From Candidatus Tayloriibacteriota bacterium (lineage in GTDB: Bacteria; Patescibacteriota; Minisyncoccia; Phycocordibacterales; PALSA-1337), in NCBI GenBank assembly GCA_028286665.1, contig JAQBRD010000016.1, positions 1-59,784 on the forward strand: 59,784 bases of DNA. The letters are read 5' to 3'. The position numbers were made by a program, and so were the translations under genes. This document shows positions 43,693-52,601 of this stretch, piece after piece (position 1 is the stretch's first letter; each line of letters starts with the position of its first letter). Below the pieces are notes generated by a model, which searched no databases, was not told the origin of the DNA, and saw nothing but the letters and a program-made list of their open reading frames with translations.

Positions 43693-43723
43693 GAAAAGCC
43701 GGTCGATTGCCCGACCGGCTTTT
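43693..43723 (-). terminator. intrinsic terminator after gap (minus strand)
   Basis: aaaAGCCGGTCGattgccCGACCGGCTttt: 9-bp stem. Confidence 0.7.
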
Positions 43724-43742
43724 CCGCTCACTGTGGATTGAG

Positions 43743-44798
43743 TTAGATCAGTTTCCCAACCTCCATCACATGCCGCACGAGCGTGTGCGTGTATCCCATC
43801 TCATTGTCATACCAGCCGAGGACCTTCACGAGGTTTCCTCCGACGACGCGAGTGAATGCGAGATCAGCGATCGATGCGTGCGGGTTGCCGATGATGTCTC
43901 GAGAGACGAGCTGTTCTTCGGTGACGGTGAAGATTCCCTGCCATCGTGCGTCAGCCGCGGCCTTCTTCAGGATCGCATTGACCTCTTCGGCCGTGGTGTC
44001 CTTCTTCGAAATGAATGTGATGTCGACGAGCGAGCCGGTGACGACTGGAACTCGGATAGAAATACCGTCGAAGAGTCCCTTGAGGTGCTTCACGATCTTG
44101 GTGACTGCGATTGCTGCTCCGGTCGATGATGGAACGAGGTTCATGGCTGCTGCTCGGCCTTCTCGATAGTCCTTCTTGCTTGGGCCGTCGACGAGCGCCT
44201 GGCTCGCGGTGTAGCCGTGAACGGTATTGAGGAGCGCCTTCTCGATGCCGAGTGCTTCGTCGAGGATAGCGAGGAGCGGGCTTCCGGCATTCGTCGTGCA
44301 TGAAGCATTCGAGCTCACGATGCAATTCTTCAGATCGCCTTCATTCATCGCCATGAGCACGGTCGCGCTCTGGAACGGAGAGGTCGGTTCGTCCTTCGTC
44401 GGAGCAGAAACGACGACGCGCTTAGCGCCTGCGGTGACATGGGCCATCGCCTTCTCTGCTGATGTGAAAAGTCCTGTCGATTCGATGACGACATCGACGT
44501 TATTTGCGCCCCATGGGAGCTTCGTCGGGTCTTTTTCGCTCACATACTTCACCTCCTGAGTTCGCTTGTCAGAACCGATATTCGAAATGACGAAGCCAGA
44601 GCCGTCAGCCTTTGCTACAACGTCGAATGTGCTCATGCCTTGCGCGGTATCGTACTTGAGGAGGTACGCCATGTTCTTGATATCGCCGAGATCGTTCACT
44701 GCGACGACATTTATTTCAGGATGTTCGAGAGAAACTTTCAGGAACGCTCGTCCGATGCGTCCGAAACCGTTGATAGCGACATTGATTTGCTTGCTCAT
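43743..44798 (-). CDS. gap: glyceraldehyde-3-phosphate dehydrogenase (type I)
   Basis: NGFGRIGRAF, SNASCTTN, WYDNEMGY. The conserved N-terminus starts at ATG 44798 (MSKQINVAINGFGRIGR). The ORF extension to 45005 overlaps the divergent gene. Confidence 0.95.
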   Translation of the reverse strand: MSKQINVAINGFGRIGRAFLKVSLEHPEINVVAVNDLGDIKNMAYLLKYDTAQGMSTFDVVAKADGSGFVISNIGSDKRTQEVKYVSEKDPTKLPWGANNVDVVIESTGLFTSAEKAMAHVTAGAKRVVVSAPTKDEPTSPFQSATVLMAMNEGDLKNCIVSSNASCTTNAGSPLLAILDEALGIEKALLNTVHGYTASQALVDGPSKKDYREGRAAAMNLVPSSTGAAIAVTKIVKHLKGLFDGISIRVPVVTGSLVDITFISKKDTTAEEVNAILKKAAADARWQGIFTVTEEQLVSRDIIGNPHASIADLAFTRVVGGNLVKVLGWYDNEMGYTHTLVRHVMEVGKLI

Positions 44799-44882
44799 GA
44801 TATATGGTATGAAATTATTTCCGATAAATATTGTGTATAACGCAAAGTATATCATAAGTGATTCCTGAGCTATACTAGACCC

Positions 44883-45608
44883 ATGCTCCACCCTGCTCAC
44901 CAGATAAAGATGTACCGAAAGAAGCATCACAAGGTGATCGCGCTTCTCACCCTCCTTGTTCCGCTCGTCATCCTGCTCGTCATCGGCATGATCACGAAGA
45001 CCCAATGGTTCGACATCTTCACTGCGCTCGGCATCTCATGGTTCCGGCTCCTTCTCGGCTATATCATCTCGCTCGTGCTCGGCGTCGCGACCGCGCTCAT
45101 TCTCGGAACGAGCAAATTCGGCGAATCCGTCACGCCCGTACTCGACGTCATGCAGAATGTGCCGTCATTCGCCCTCATCCCGCTCTTCGCCATGCTTTTC
45201 GGGTATACGAATCTCATGGCGATCCTCTTCATCGCGAGCTCGGCGATCTGGCCGATCATCTTCTATGCAGTGAGCGCGATCAGGAATGCCCGCCAGGATC
45301 TGAATGATGCATCGCGGATATTCGGAGCGACTGGCTGGAGGCGTGTCTTCTATTATTTCATCCCGCTTTCATTCCCTGCGATACTCACCGGCTCGATCGT
45401 TGCCATCGCCATCGGCTGGGAGGCGGTCATCGGCATCGAGATCATCGGCTTCAAGAATGGCATCGGCGTCCTTCTCAATACGGCGAGCAATTCGAGCGAT
45501 CAATCGCTTGTCATCGCCGGCATATCCGCGCTCCTCTTCGTCGTCTTCATCCTGAATCGGCTCGTCTGGTCGCCGCTCATCGCAAAAACCCACGCATATG
45601 CAGACTGA
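44883..45608 (+). CDS. ABC transporter permease (nitrate/sulfonate/taurine-type, BPD_transp_1-like)
   Basis: Six TM segments. EAA-type loop ARQDLNDASRIFGATGWRRVFYYFIPLSFP. Confidence 0.85.
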   Translation: MLHPAHQIKMYRKKHHKVIALLTLLVPLVILLVIGMITKTQWFDIFTALGISWFRLLLGYIISLVLGVATALILGTSKFGESVTPVLDVMQNVPSFALIPLFAMLFGYTNLMAILFIASSAIWPIIFYAVSAIRNARQDLNDASRIFGATGWRRVFYYFIPLSFPAILTGSIVAIAIGWEAVIGIEIIGFKNGIGVLLNTASNSSDQSLVIAGISALLFVVFILNRLVWSPLIAKTHAYAD

Positions 45609-46335
45609 CCCTCATATTTTGAAATTAGCCGGCATCGGCCATACCTTCATCACGGATGCGGGCGTCGCGAGCCGTTCGCTCTCGGATATCGACCTCACGA
45701 TTAAGCGAGGCTCATTCGTCTCGCTTGTCGGTCCGTCAGGCTGCGGCAAATCGACGCTGCTCCGCATCATGGCGGGATTATTGAAACCGGCACACGGCAC
45801 GATCGAACGGAATTTCGACAAGCCGGCGATGGTCTTCCAGAATTTCGGATTGCTGCCATGGCTCACGGTCATCGAGAATGTCGGCTTCGGCCTCGAGATG
45901 TCCGGTATGAAAAAATCCGCTGCTCGCCAGATCGCTCACGAGAAGCTCCATGAAGTCGGACTGCTCGAGCACGCATACAAATATCCACGCGAGCTCTCCG
46001 GCGGCCAGCGCCAGCGCGTCTCGATCGCTCGCGCGCTCGCAGTTTCGCCTGACATCCTCTTCATGGACGAGCCATTCTCGAGCCTCGATCCGTTCACCGC
46101 TGCGGTGCTCAAGAAAGACCTCCTCATCATCTGGGAAAAATATAAAATGACCGTAGTGATGGTGAGCCACATCATCGAGGACGCGATCCTCATGTCAGAC
46201 GAAGTCGTCGTGATGGCTGCGCATCCCGGCACGATCATCGGGCATCATCATATCCATACGCTGCGGCCGCGCGACGATCGCTCTCCGGAATTCTTCGAGC
46301 TCTTCGATGCAATTGAGAAGTCGATCAAGGGCTAG
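45598..46335 (+). CDS. ABC transporter ATP-binding protein (nitrate/sulfonate/taurine-type)
   Basis: GPSGCGKSTLL, LSGGQRQRVSIARAL, LFMDEPFSSLD. 11-nt overlap with the permease gene. Confidence 0.9.
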   Translation: MQTDPHILKLAGIGHTFITDAGVASRSLSDIDLTIKRGSFVSLVGPSGCGKSTLLRIMAGLLKPAHGTIERNFDKPAMVFQNFGLLPWLTVIENVGFGLEMSGMKKSAARQIAHEKLHEVGLLEHAYKYPRELSGGQRQRVSIARALAVSPDILFMDEPFSSLDPFTAAVLKKDLLIIWEKYKMTVVMVSHIIEDAILMSDEVVVMAAHPGTIIGHHHIHTLRPRDDRSPEFFELFDAIEKSIKG

Positions 46336-46414
46336 AGTTGAATTTTTTGTAGAAAAAGCAAATCCCCAAGCCACATAGAGTGGTCCTGGGGAATTTCACT
46401 TCTTATTGGAGATG

Positions 46415-46825
46415 CTATTCTTCGGGATATTCGAACGGCTTGAGCATCCTGCTCAATTCTGCATTGAGTTGCTGAATCTTCTCGCTGCCGAAAGGCTTCG
46501 AGATTTCTACGCAATTTTCACCGCCCACTTCCATTTGCTTGTGACTATTATCACTGCTGATCATGATCATGCCGACCTCGATTCCTAATTTCTGGCGGAT
46601 TGCCTGGATGAGGCCATCTACGCTTCGGCCTCCGTGGATTGTGTCATCGAGCACGATTGCTTGGAAGCTTCCGGTTTCGATCGCGTGCATGGCAGTCTCA
46701 ATTGAGGGCGCAATATGGAATTCACGATTGTGATCCGGTGACCCTTTAATCAATTTCGGAATCAATGAAGAGATATTTTCTTCATCTTCAATAAGAAGGA
46801 TTGTTACTGGTTTCGCTTTATTCAT
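46415..46825 (-). CDS. single-domain response regulator (CheY-like receiver)
   Basis: ILLIEDEENI, phospho-acceptor region AIVLDDTIHG, MIMISSD. No output domain and no adjacent kinase. Confidence 0.85.
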   Translation of the reverse strand: MNKAKPVTILLIEDEENISSLIPKLIKGSPDHNREFHIAPSIETAMHAIETGSFQAIVLDDTIHGGRSVDGLIQAIRQKLGIEVGMIMISSDNSHKQMEVGGENCVEISKPFGSEKIQQLNAELSRMLKPFEYPEE

Positions 46826-46966
46826 CTTTCAACTTTCTGTATGCGCCGGTACGACGCGGTTTCGAGGGTTCATGATGTATATTATCACATAATATACATA
46901 AAGTCAAGTAAATACAGCATAAAATAGCCCTGAACAGAGCCATATTTGAGATTGTTTCGGATGAAA

Positions 46967-48973
46967 CTAGGAAACTGCCTCGATAAGCTTCGCAAGCGAG
47001 ATGGTAGCTACGCCAGTCATCGAATCCCCCGCTCCGTAGTAGATATAGACGATGCCCTTTCGGACGACTGCTCCGCATGGAAAGACGACATTGCCGACCT
47101 GCCCGCTGCGCTCGTATGGAGTTTCGGGTTCGAAGATCGGATAGGCTGTGCGGCCGATGACCTTCTCGGGATTTCGTCCGTCGAGCAACGCTGCGCCGAG
47201 GCGATAGAAGCCGTCTTCGCCGATACCGTGATAGAGCATGATCCAGCCTTTGTCGCACATGAATGGGGTACCAGCGACGCCGACTTTCTTGCTGTCCCAC
47301 ATGCCGGGGCGAGGTCCGAGGATGAAGCGATGCTCGAATGCATTGCGGTTGAGGAACTCGAGCGTGTCGGAATAATCGATGACGATGTTGTGATCGACTC
47401 GGTGGATGAGGGCGAAATGGCTGCCGGGCTTCCCTGGCGCCGCGGTCAGTTTCACTGGGAAGAGCACGCCATCTTTGTCGTCAACTCCGTCTTTGCTGAT
47501 CACGATCGGCGCCGTCCATTTCCAGATGCGCTTCTTGAAATCACGAATGGAAATAGAAGTCATCGCGATGCTCGGAACCTGCACGCCGTTGTATGCAGTG
47601 TAGGTCATGTAGAGGCGATTGCCAGTGAAGGTAACGCGAGGATCTTCGCAGCCGGAATTCCCTCCTGGAATGCGCTTCTCCTCGAAGCTCGCACGCGGAG
47701 TATAGATCGGGATCGTCAGTCGATCGCTCACGCGGATGCCGTCCTTGCTCGTCGCGAGGCCGACGGTCGAAGTGTTGTCATCTGACATTGCTCGGTAGAG
47801 AAGCTGCACTGATCCGCCGAGGTCGAAAGCCGCCGGATTGAAGACCGCTCTCGATTCCCATGCATGCTCGCGGATCGGTTCCATGAGCGGTTCTGCAGTC
47901 GGGCGGTTGAAGGTGTGGGAATGCTTGTATGCATGAACTTTCTCGCCATGGCCTGAGCTGTCAGTGAATTCCATGCTTGAGACGAGCGCTTCGAGGCTGA
48001 CTTCAGCTTCAGCTGTGACGGTGTCAGCGCCTCCGTAGAAGACATGGAGCTTGTCGCCGCTGCCGTCTTTCTTGGTTCCCTTCGTGATGAGCGCGCCTGA
48101 TGGGAATGTGATATCTGAAACGATTCCTTTTTTCTCGTAGGTTGTTTCAGGAACGATGAAAGCTCCGCGGGTCTTGGCAATGATCTTCCGAGGATCGTTC
48201 AGATCGAGAAGGACTGCCTGGATGCCGAAGATCTGCTTGCCCTGCGTGTAGTAATTCTGAATATGCGAATAGACGAGGAGCCAGCCATATCTGGTATGGA
48301 TCGGCGCTGCACCCACTTCAACCTGGTCGGTGTCGCGGCGAGGGATGTTGATAGTGTGCTCGTCGATATGATCGTGCCACTCACGCCATTTGGCTTCATT
48401 CCACATATCTGCCTCATGATCGAATTGCGCGATGGCGATCTTTGCCGGCGGCTCATCGGTATGCGCGGCGAAGATGATGGTGAATTTGCCGTTGATCTTC
48501 TCTGGGAAAAGCGACATGGCTTTCGCATTGAATGGCGTGACGAGGTGGCGCTCTTTGATCGTCTTCATGTCGTCACTGAGTGCGACTGCGGCCTTGATGC
48601 CTTCAGCTCGAAATGGAAAGGCTGAAAGGGCTGTATAGAAAATATAGTAGGTGTCGCCGAGCTTGGTCGCGCGAGGGTCTTCGCAGCCGAAACGTTCCCA
48701 TGGATATGTCGGCGCGAGAAGCTGCTCATGTGTCTCGAATGTTCCTTTCCCGGTCTGCCTCGATATGCCGATAGTCGATAGTACGAATGATTCTCCGCCG
48801 CCGCTATTGCCGCCATTGACAACTTTCTTCGGTTTCGACATGGCTCGATAGACGAGCGCCAGCGTGTTCTTGATCATGAGCGGCGCTCCGTTGCATGCGG
48901 AATACGATCTCCATGGCGTTCGTTCGCTCGGCTCGAGAATCGGATTGTGTTTGTTTCGGTGGACGGAGAACAT
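46967..48973 (-). CDS. tandem double GH130-type (beta-mannoside phosphorylase/glycosidase-like, DUF377) protein
   Basis: Two complete modules. Each has NPIL/EPL...WE...FNP...YRA, then GCEDPR (FGCEDPRAT, SGCEDPRVT) and YYGGAD/YYGAGD. Confidence 0.85.
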   Translation of the reverse strand: MFSVHRNKHNPILEPSERTPWRSYSACNGAPLMIKNTLALVYRAMSKPKKVVNGGNSGGGESFVLSTIGISRQTGKGTFETHEQLLAPTYPWERFGCEDPRATKLGDTYYIFYTALSAFPFRAEGIKAAVALSDDMKTIKERHLVTPFNAKAMSLFPEKINGKFTIIFAAHTDEPPAKIAIAQFDHEADMWNEAKWREWHDHIDEHTINIPRRDTDQVEVGAAPIHTRYGWLLVYSHIQNYYTQGKQIFGIQAVLLDLNDPRKIIAKTRGAFIVPETTYEKKGIVSDITFPSGALITKGTKKDGSGDKLHVFYGGADTVTAEAEVSLEALVSSMEFTDSSGHGEKVHAYKHSHTFNRPTAEPLMEPIREHAWESRAVFNPAAFDLGGSVQLLYRAMSDDNTSTVGLATSKDGIRVSDRLTIPIYTPRASFEEKRIPGGNSGCEDPRVTFTGNRLYMTYTAYNGVQVPSIAMTSISIRDFKKRIWKWTAPIVISKDGVDDKDGVLFPVKLTAAPGKPGSHFALIHRVDHNIVIDYSDTLEFLNRNAFEHRFILGPRPGMWDSKKVGVAGTPFMCDKGWIMLYHGIGEDGFYRLGAALLDGRNPEKVIGRTAYPIFEPETPYERSGQVGNVVFPCGAVVRKGIVYIYYGAGDSMTGVATISLAKLIEAVS

Positions 48974-48994
48974 GGGAATTTTTTTATTGTGCGG

Positions 48995-50851
48995 CTACTT
49001 GCATTTCGAAAGCTTGATCTGCTTGTCCTTGATTATATCATTGAGGAACTCCTGGAGCGGCACGGATGCGACGCACGTGACGCGATCTCCTCCGCCGTAG
49101 TAGACGAGGAGATGTCCGTCCTTCACGACTGCGCCGGATGCGTAGACGACTCCCGGCTTCCCTTCATTCTCATACGGCATTTCCGGCGTGAGGATCGGTT
49201 CGGATGATCGATAGAGGATCTTCTTCGGGTTCTCCAGATCAAGGATCATCGCGCCGAGCTTGTAGCGATTCGGATCGAAGGAATCGGTGGCGTGATAGAG
49301 GACGAGCCAGCCGAGATCGGTCTTGATCGGCGGCGGCCCTGCGCCGCGCACTTTCGTATCCCAGAATTCCCTGCGGCCGCCGCTCGGCGGCCGGCTCTTG
49401 ATATGCATTTTGTTCCGTTCGAACATGCCGAGATCGTCGACGTATTCGACGAGGACATCCGGCGTGATGCTGTGGAGGATGGCGAATTTGCCATCGACTT
49501 TCTCCGGGAACAGCACCCAGTTCTTGCTCATCACGCCCGGAGGCGAAATGAGGACGGGCTTCTTCCAATTCCATTGCTGCTTATTGAAATCTGAAACGGA
49601 GATCGAGGTCATGGCCATGCGCATGGAGTCCCAGCCGCCGAATGCGACATAGGTGAGATAAATTCGGCGGCCGATCTTCACTGCGCGAGGATCTTCGCAG
49701 CCGCCCCAGCCTCCGCCGGACGGATAATATGCAGGCGCATAGCTCAATGGGCCATGCGATCCTTTGCCGCCCTTTTCAGGAACATCGAAGCCTTTGCTCG
49801 GATGATAGATCGGGTGCGAAAGTCTCTCGTCGAAATTGAAACCGTCCTCGCTCGCTGCGTAGCCGATGCGTGAAATTCCATCAGGACCCATCGCTCGGTA
49901 GAAAAGATGCACGTCATCGTTATGGATGACTGCTCCGGGATTGAAGACGGCTTCGTTTTCCCATTCGTTGTGCGGATGCGGAACGAGAATCGGATTGAGT
50001 TCGTGCCGCTTGAGGACGACTCGCTCGATTCGAGGCTTGTGGAGAATGCGGCCGAATGGAACGATGTCCGCAGAGATGATGCGGCCGTCAGCTCGGCGCC
50101 AGTACGCGACCACCCGGTCGCCGAGTATCACGGCGCCGAGCGCCGCGCAGCCTGCGCCCTTGCCCTTCGGAATCGTCGTTTCCCAGAGCGGCTCATCGGA
50201 GCGCCAGATCATCTTGCGCATGTCTTTGCGATCGAAAAGCGCGCCGCCGACGAAGAGCTTCATGCTGCCATCGGCTTCCTGCTTCCGAGATTCATACATG
50301 AGGGCGATGCCGCGATCGGTATCGAATGCATTGAGCAGCGTCACATTTTCAGCATCGAATGAGCCTGCGCGAGACGTGAACAGGTACTGATCTCCGTCGT
50401 TCCATTTTTTCAGATCAGGCGACGTGAGTCCGCGGACGAATACGCCTCCTTCATATGCGAGATATGAGCCGGCGATCGGCTTGTCATCCGTGACGAAAAC
50501 GAATTCGAGGCTTTCGTATTCAGTTTCAGAAATGACATTCCATACATACAAATCCTTCGAGGACGCCACGACGAGCGAAGCCCGTCCTCTGAAGGTGCGG
50601 GTGTAGGTCATGAGATTGCGTCCGACGTATGAAAATCGGAAATTGGAGCAATGGAGCGGATTGTGGATGGTGAGAGCCTTCTTGAAGATGACTTTCTTCG
50701 GATCAAGCTCGAGCGAACCGCGGCGATCGACCCAGGAGAGACGGAATTCTGAATTGTCGAGATCTGTTTGTAGCAAAGCGACCCTGTGATCATCAGAGAC
50801 GACTCCTACCGGAAGCAGCGTCGGATGGGTTTTTGCTTTTGCGATGATCAT
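48995..50851 (-). CDS. GH130-type protein: degenerate N-terminal beta-propeller-like module plus complete C-terminal GH130 module
   Basis: The C-terminal half has LNPILVPHPHNEWENEAVFNPGAV...LFYRAMG, GGCEDPRAV and VYYGGGD. The N-terminal roughly 285 aa lack the CEDPR motif. Confidence 0.8.
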   Translation of the reverse strand: MIIAKAKTHPTLLPVGVVSDDHRVALLQTDLDNSEFRLSWVDRRGSLELDPKKVIFKKALTIHNPLHCSNFRFSYVGRNLMTYTRTFRGRASLVVASSKDLYVWNVISETEYESLEFVFVTDDKPIAGSYLAYEGGVFVRGLTSPDLKKWNDGDQYLFTSRAGSFDAENVTLLNAFDTDRGIALMYESRKQEADGSMKLFVGGALFDRKDMRKMIWRSDEPLWETTIPKGKGAGCAALGAVILGDRVVAYWRRADGRIISADIVPFGRILHKPRIERVVLKRHELNPILVPHPHNEWENEAVFNPGAVIHNDDVHLFYRAMGPDGISRIGYAASEDGFNFDERLSHPIYHPSKGFDVPEKGGKGSHGPLSYAPAYYPSGGGWGGCEDPRAVKIGRRIYLTYVAFGGWDSMRMAMTSISVSDFNKQQWNWKKPVLISPPGVMSKNWVLFPEKVDGKFAILHSITPDVLVEYVDDLGMFERNKMHIKSRPPSGGRREFWDTKVRGAGPPPIKTDLGWLVLYHATDSFDPNRYKLGAMILDLENPKKILYRSSEPILTPEMPYENEGKPGVVYASGAVVKDGHLLVYYGGGDRVTCVASVPLQEFLNDIIKDKQIKLSKCK

Positions 50852-50854
50852 TTG

Positions 50855-51199
50855 TTATGAAACTCGTCCATAATCATCCTCGATTCGGACAATGTCCGTC
50901 TCGTCGAAGGTGCCGAGCGCTATTTCAAGGAATACGACTCTGTCTTTCGTTGCGGCAATGCGATGCGGCGTTTTCGTTTCGACGAAAAATTCGTCTCCTT
51001 CCTTCCCACTCATAGTCTGATCGCCGATAGTCACGGTCGGGTTTCCCTGGACGATCCTCCAGAATTCCTGGCGATGATCGTGATACTGCAGGCTCAGCTT
51101 TTGTCCAGGCTCGACAGTGATGATTTTCACAGTCGAAATCTCGTTGTGCGTATACCGTACAAAATTACCCCATGGACGCTGCTCGAGTAGCTTCTTCAT
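50855..51199 (-). CDS. cupin protein resembling the type-II phosphomannose isomerase cupin domain
   Basis: RPWGNF...VKIITVEPGQKLSLQYHDHRQEFWRIVQG...PHR. The ORF opens at 51229, and ATG 51199 (MKKLLEQRPWG) is chosen. Confidence 0.75.
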   Translation of the reverse strand: MKKLLEQRPWGNFVRYTHNEISTVKIITVEPGQKLSLQYHDHRQEFWRIVQGNPTVTIGDQTMSGKEGDEFFVETKTPHRIAATKDRVVFLEIALGTFDETDIVRIEDDYGRVS

Positions 51200-51950
51200 A
51201 TGTCGAAAGTATAGCATGCAGACGATCAAGGGTGTCCTGTGGATTACTTACCTTGATGCACTCGACGGTCGTTTCAGCCTGCACCGAGTAATCATTTCCT
51301 CCGGGAAAGACGGCATCTCCGAAAAAAAGCGCTTCGCTCGCGTCGATTTTCAGATATTCGAGCATCTTGCCGATTGCGAATGCCTTGTTGTAGCCTTTCC
51401 TCGTGATGTCGATGGATGTCATGCCGCCGATCTTAACGTCGAATTCAGGCAGGAGCGGATCGAGCGCAGCTTTTATCCGCATGCGGATGGATTGGTCAGG
51501 ATCCCAGGTCGATTTCTTCTCGATCGGCGCTTGTTGACCGAGGCCTGAGAGCGTTACTTGTCCGCCGCGGTTCTCGACGATGTCTCCATATGGGCCGGTT
51601 CGAGCGAGATTGAATGGTGGCTCGAATGCGAGTTCGAGAGCGTCCACGATCTTCGTGCCTTCCTCTTTCGAAAAAAGGTCTTCGTAGATCGTTTCATATC
51701 CTGCAGTATTTTTTGAAACAAGGAGCGCTGCGCCATTCTGCGGAAAAAGCATGAATTTCGAAAGTCGATCGCCCTGACATGGAAGCCTCTCGATGATCTG
51801 CGTCGACATCTGCTCGACTGCTGCTCCGGAGATGACCGCGAGGTGCACGTGCGAGAGGAGGCCGCAGAGAACCTCTGCCATTTCAGGGGTGATCGCTGAT
51901 TTGCTTTCAGCAAGCGTTCCGTCGAGATCGAATGCGAGGACTTTTTTCAT
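51165..51950 (-). CDS. HAD-IIB hydrolase, phosphomannomutase-like
   Basis: Motif I AFDLDGTLA, ITRKGYNK, and motif IV FFGDAVFPGGNDYS. ATG 51950 is chosen (the ORF opens at 52040). 35-nt overlap with the cupin gene. Confidence 0.8.
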   Translation of the reverse strand: MKKVLAFDLDGTLAESKSAITPEMAEVLCGLLSHVHLAVISGAAVEQMSTQIIERLPCQGDRLSKFMLFPQNGAALLVSKNTAGYETIYEDLFSKEEGTKIVDALELAFEPPFNLARTGPYGDIVENRGGQVTLSGLGQQAPIEKKSTWDPDQSIRMRIKAALDPLLPEFDVKIGGMTSIDITRKGYNKAFAIGKMLEYLKIDASEALFFGDAVFPGGNDYSVQAETTVECIKVSNPQDTLDRLHAILSTYEEATRAASMG

Positions 51951-52020
51951 GATGAAAGTATACCAGCTTGCCATTGAAAGCCGAAGAGCTGTTGCAACAA
52001 TTGGTTTTTGCCAGCATCTC

Positions 52021-52048
52021 TTGACATTTATGATTTTCAATGTAGATT
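52021..52048 (+). promoter_or_regulatory. candidate promoter of the GNAT gene (TTGACA-16-TAGATT)
   Basis: TTGACA at 52021-52026 and TAGATT at 52043-52048. A GGAGG SD at 52056-52060 lies upstream of ATG 52073. Confidence 0.4.
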
Positions 52049-52072
52049 GAATATCGGAGGAAACAATATATT

Positions 52073-52540
52073 ATGTCTGAACTATCGAAAACAGCGATCT
52101 TCTCTTTTCCTGCGTCATATGTCATCGACCTGCGATGGCGCGAACTGCGCCAAGGCATGCCGATTGAAACAGCCCATTTCGAGGGAGACGAGCTGAAGAC
52201 AACGAAGCATTATGGCCTGGTCTATCCGTATCCACCGTATGAAACTTCGGAGCTTGCGTCATGCGTGACCTTCATGCTCAATGAGCATGAAGGCAAGCAA
52301 GCATGGCAGCTTCGAGGAATGGTTACGGAAAAGCAGTACCAGGGAAAAGGCTTCGGCAGAATGCTGCTCGCCAGCACTACAAAAAATCTTGCTGACAAAT
52401 CTGGCATTCGGCTCTTCTGGTGCAATGCCAGGAAAGTTGCAATCAAGTTCTATGAGAAGCAAGGCTGGGCAGTAGTCGGGCCGGAATTCGACATCAAGGA
52501 TGCCGGACTGCACTGTGTGATGAGCTACGAACAGAAATAG
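52073..52540 (+). CDS. GNAT-family N-acetyltransferase
   Basis: Acetyl-CoA motif A-like QYQGKGFGRMLL and FYEKQGW. Confidence 0.85.
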   Translation: MSELSKTAIFSFPASYVIDLRWRELRQGMPIETAHFEGDELKTTKHYGLVYPYPPYETSELASCVTFMLNEHEGKQAWQLRGMVTEKQYQGKGFGRMLLASTTKNLADKSGIRLFWCNARKVAIKFYEKQGWAVVGPEFDIKDAGLHCVMSYEQK

Positions 52541-52556
52541 AGAATCGAAAAAGCAA

Positions 52557-52582
52557 AGCGGCCTGCAAGAGGCCGCTTTTCT
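52557..52582. terminator. intrinsic terminator between convergent GNAT and oxygenase genes
   Basis: AGCGGCCTgcaagAGGCCGCTtttctcgttt. Confidence 0.75.
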
Positions 52583-52601
52583 CGTTTCACATACCCATTG
52601 T

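Noticed and set aside
44799-45005. Upstream extension of the gap ORF (420 aa in the track).
   Set aside because: The Rossmann N-terminus MSKQINVAINGFGRIGR starts at ATG 44798. The extension overlaps the divergently transcribed ABC permease gene and has no GAPDH similarity.
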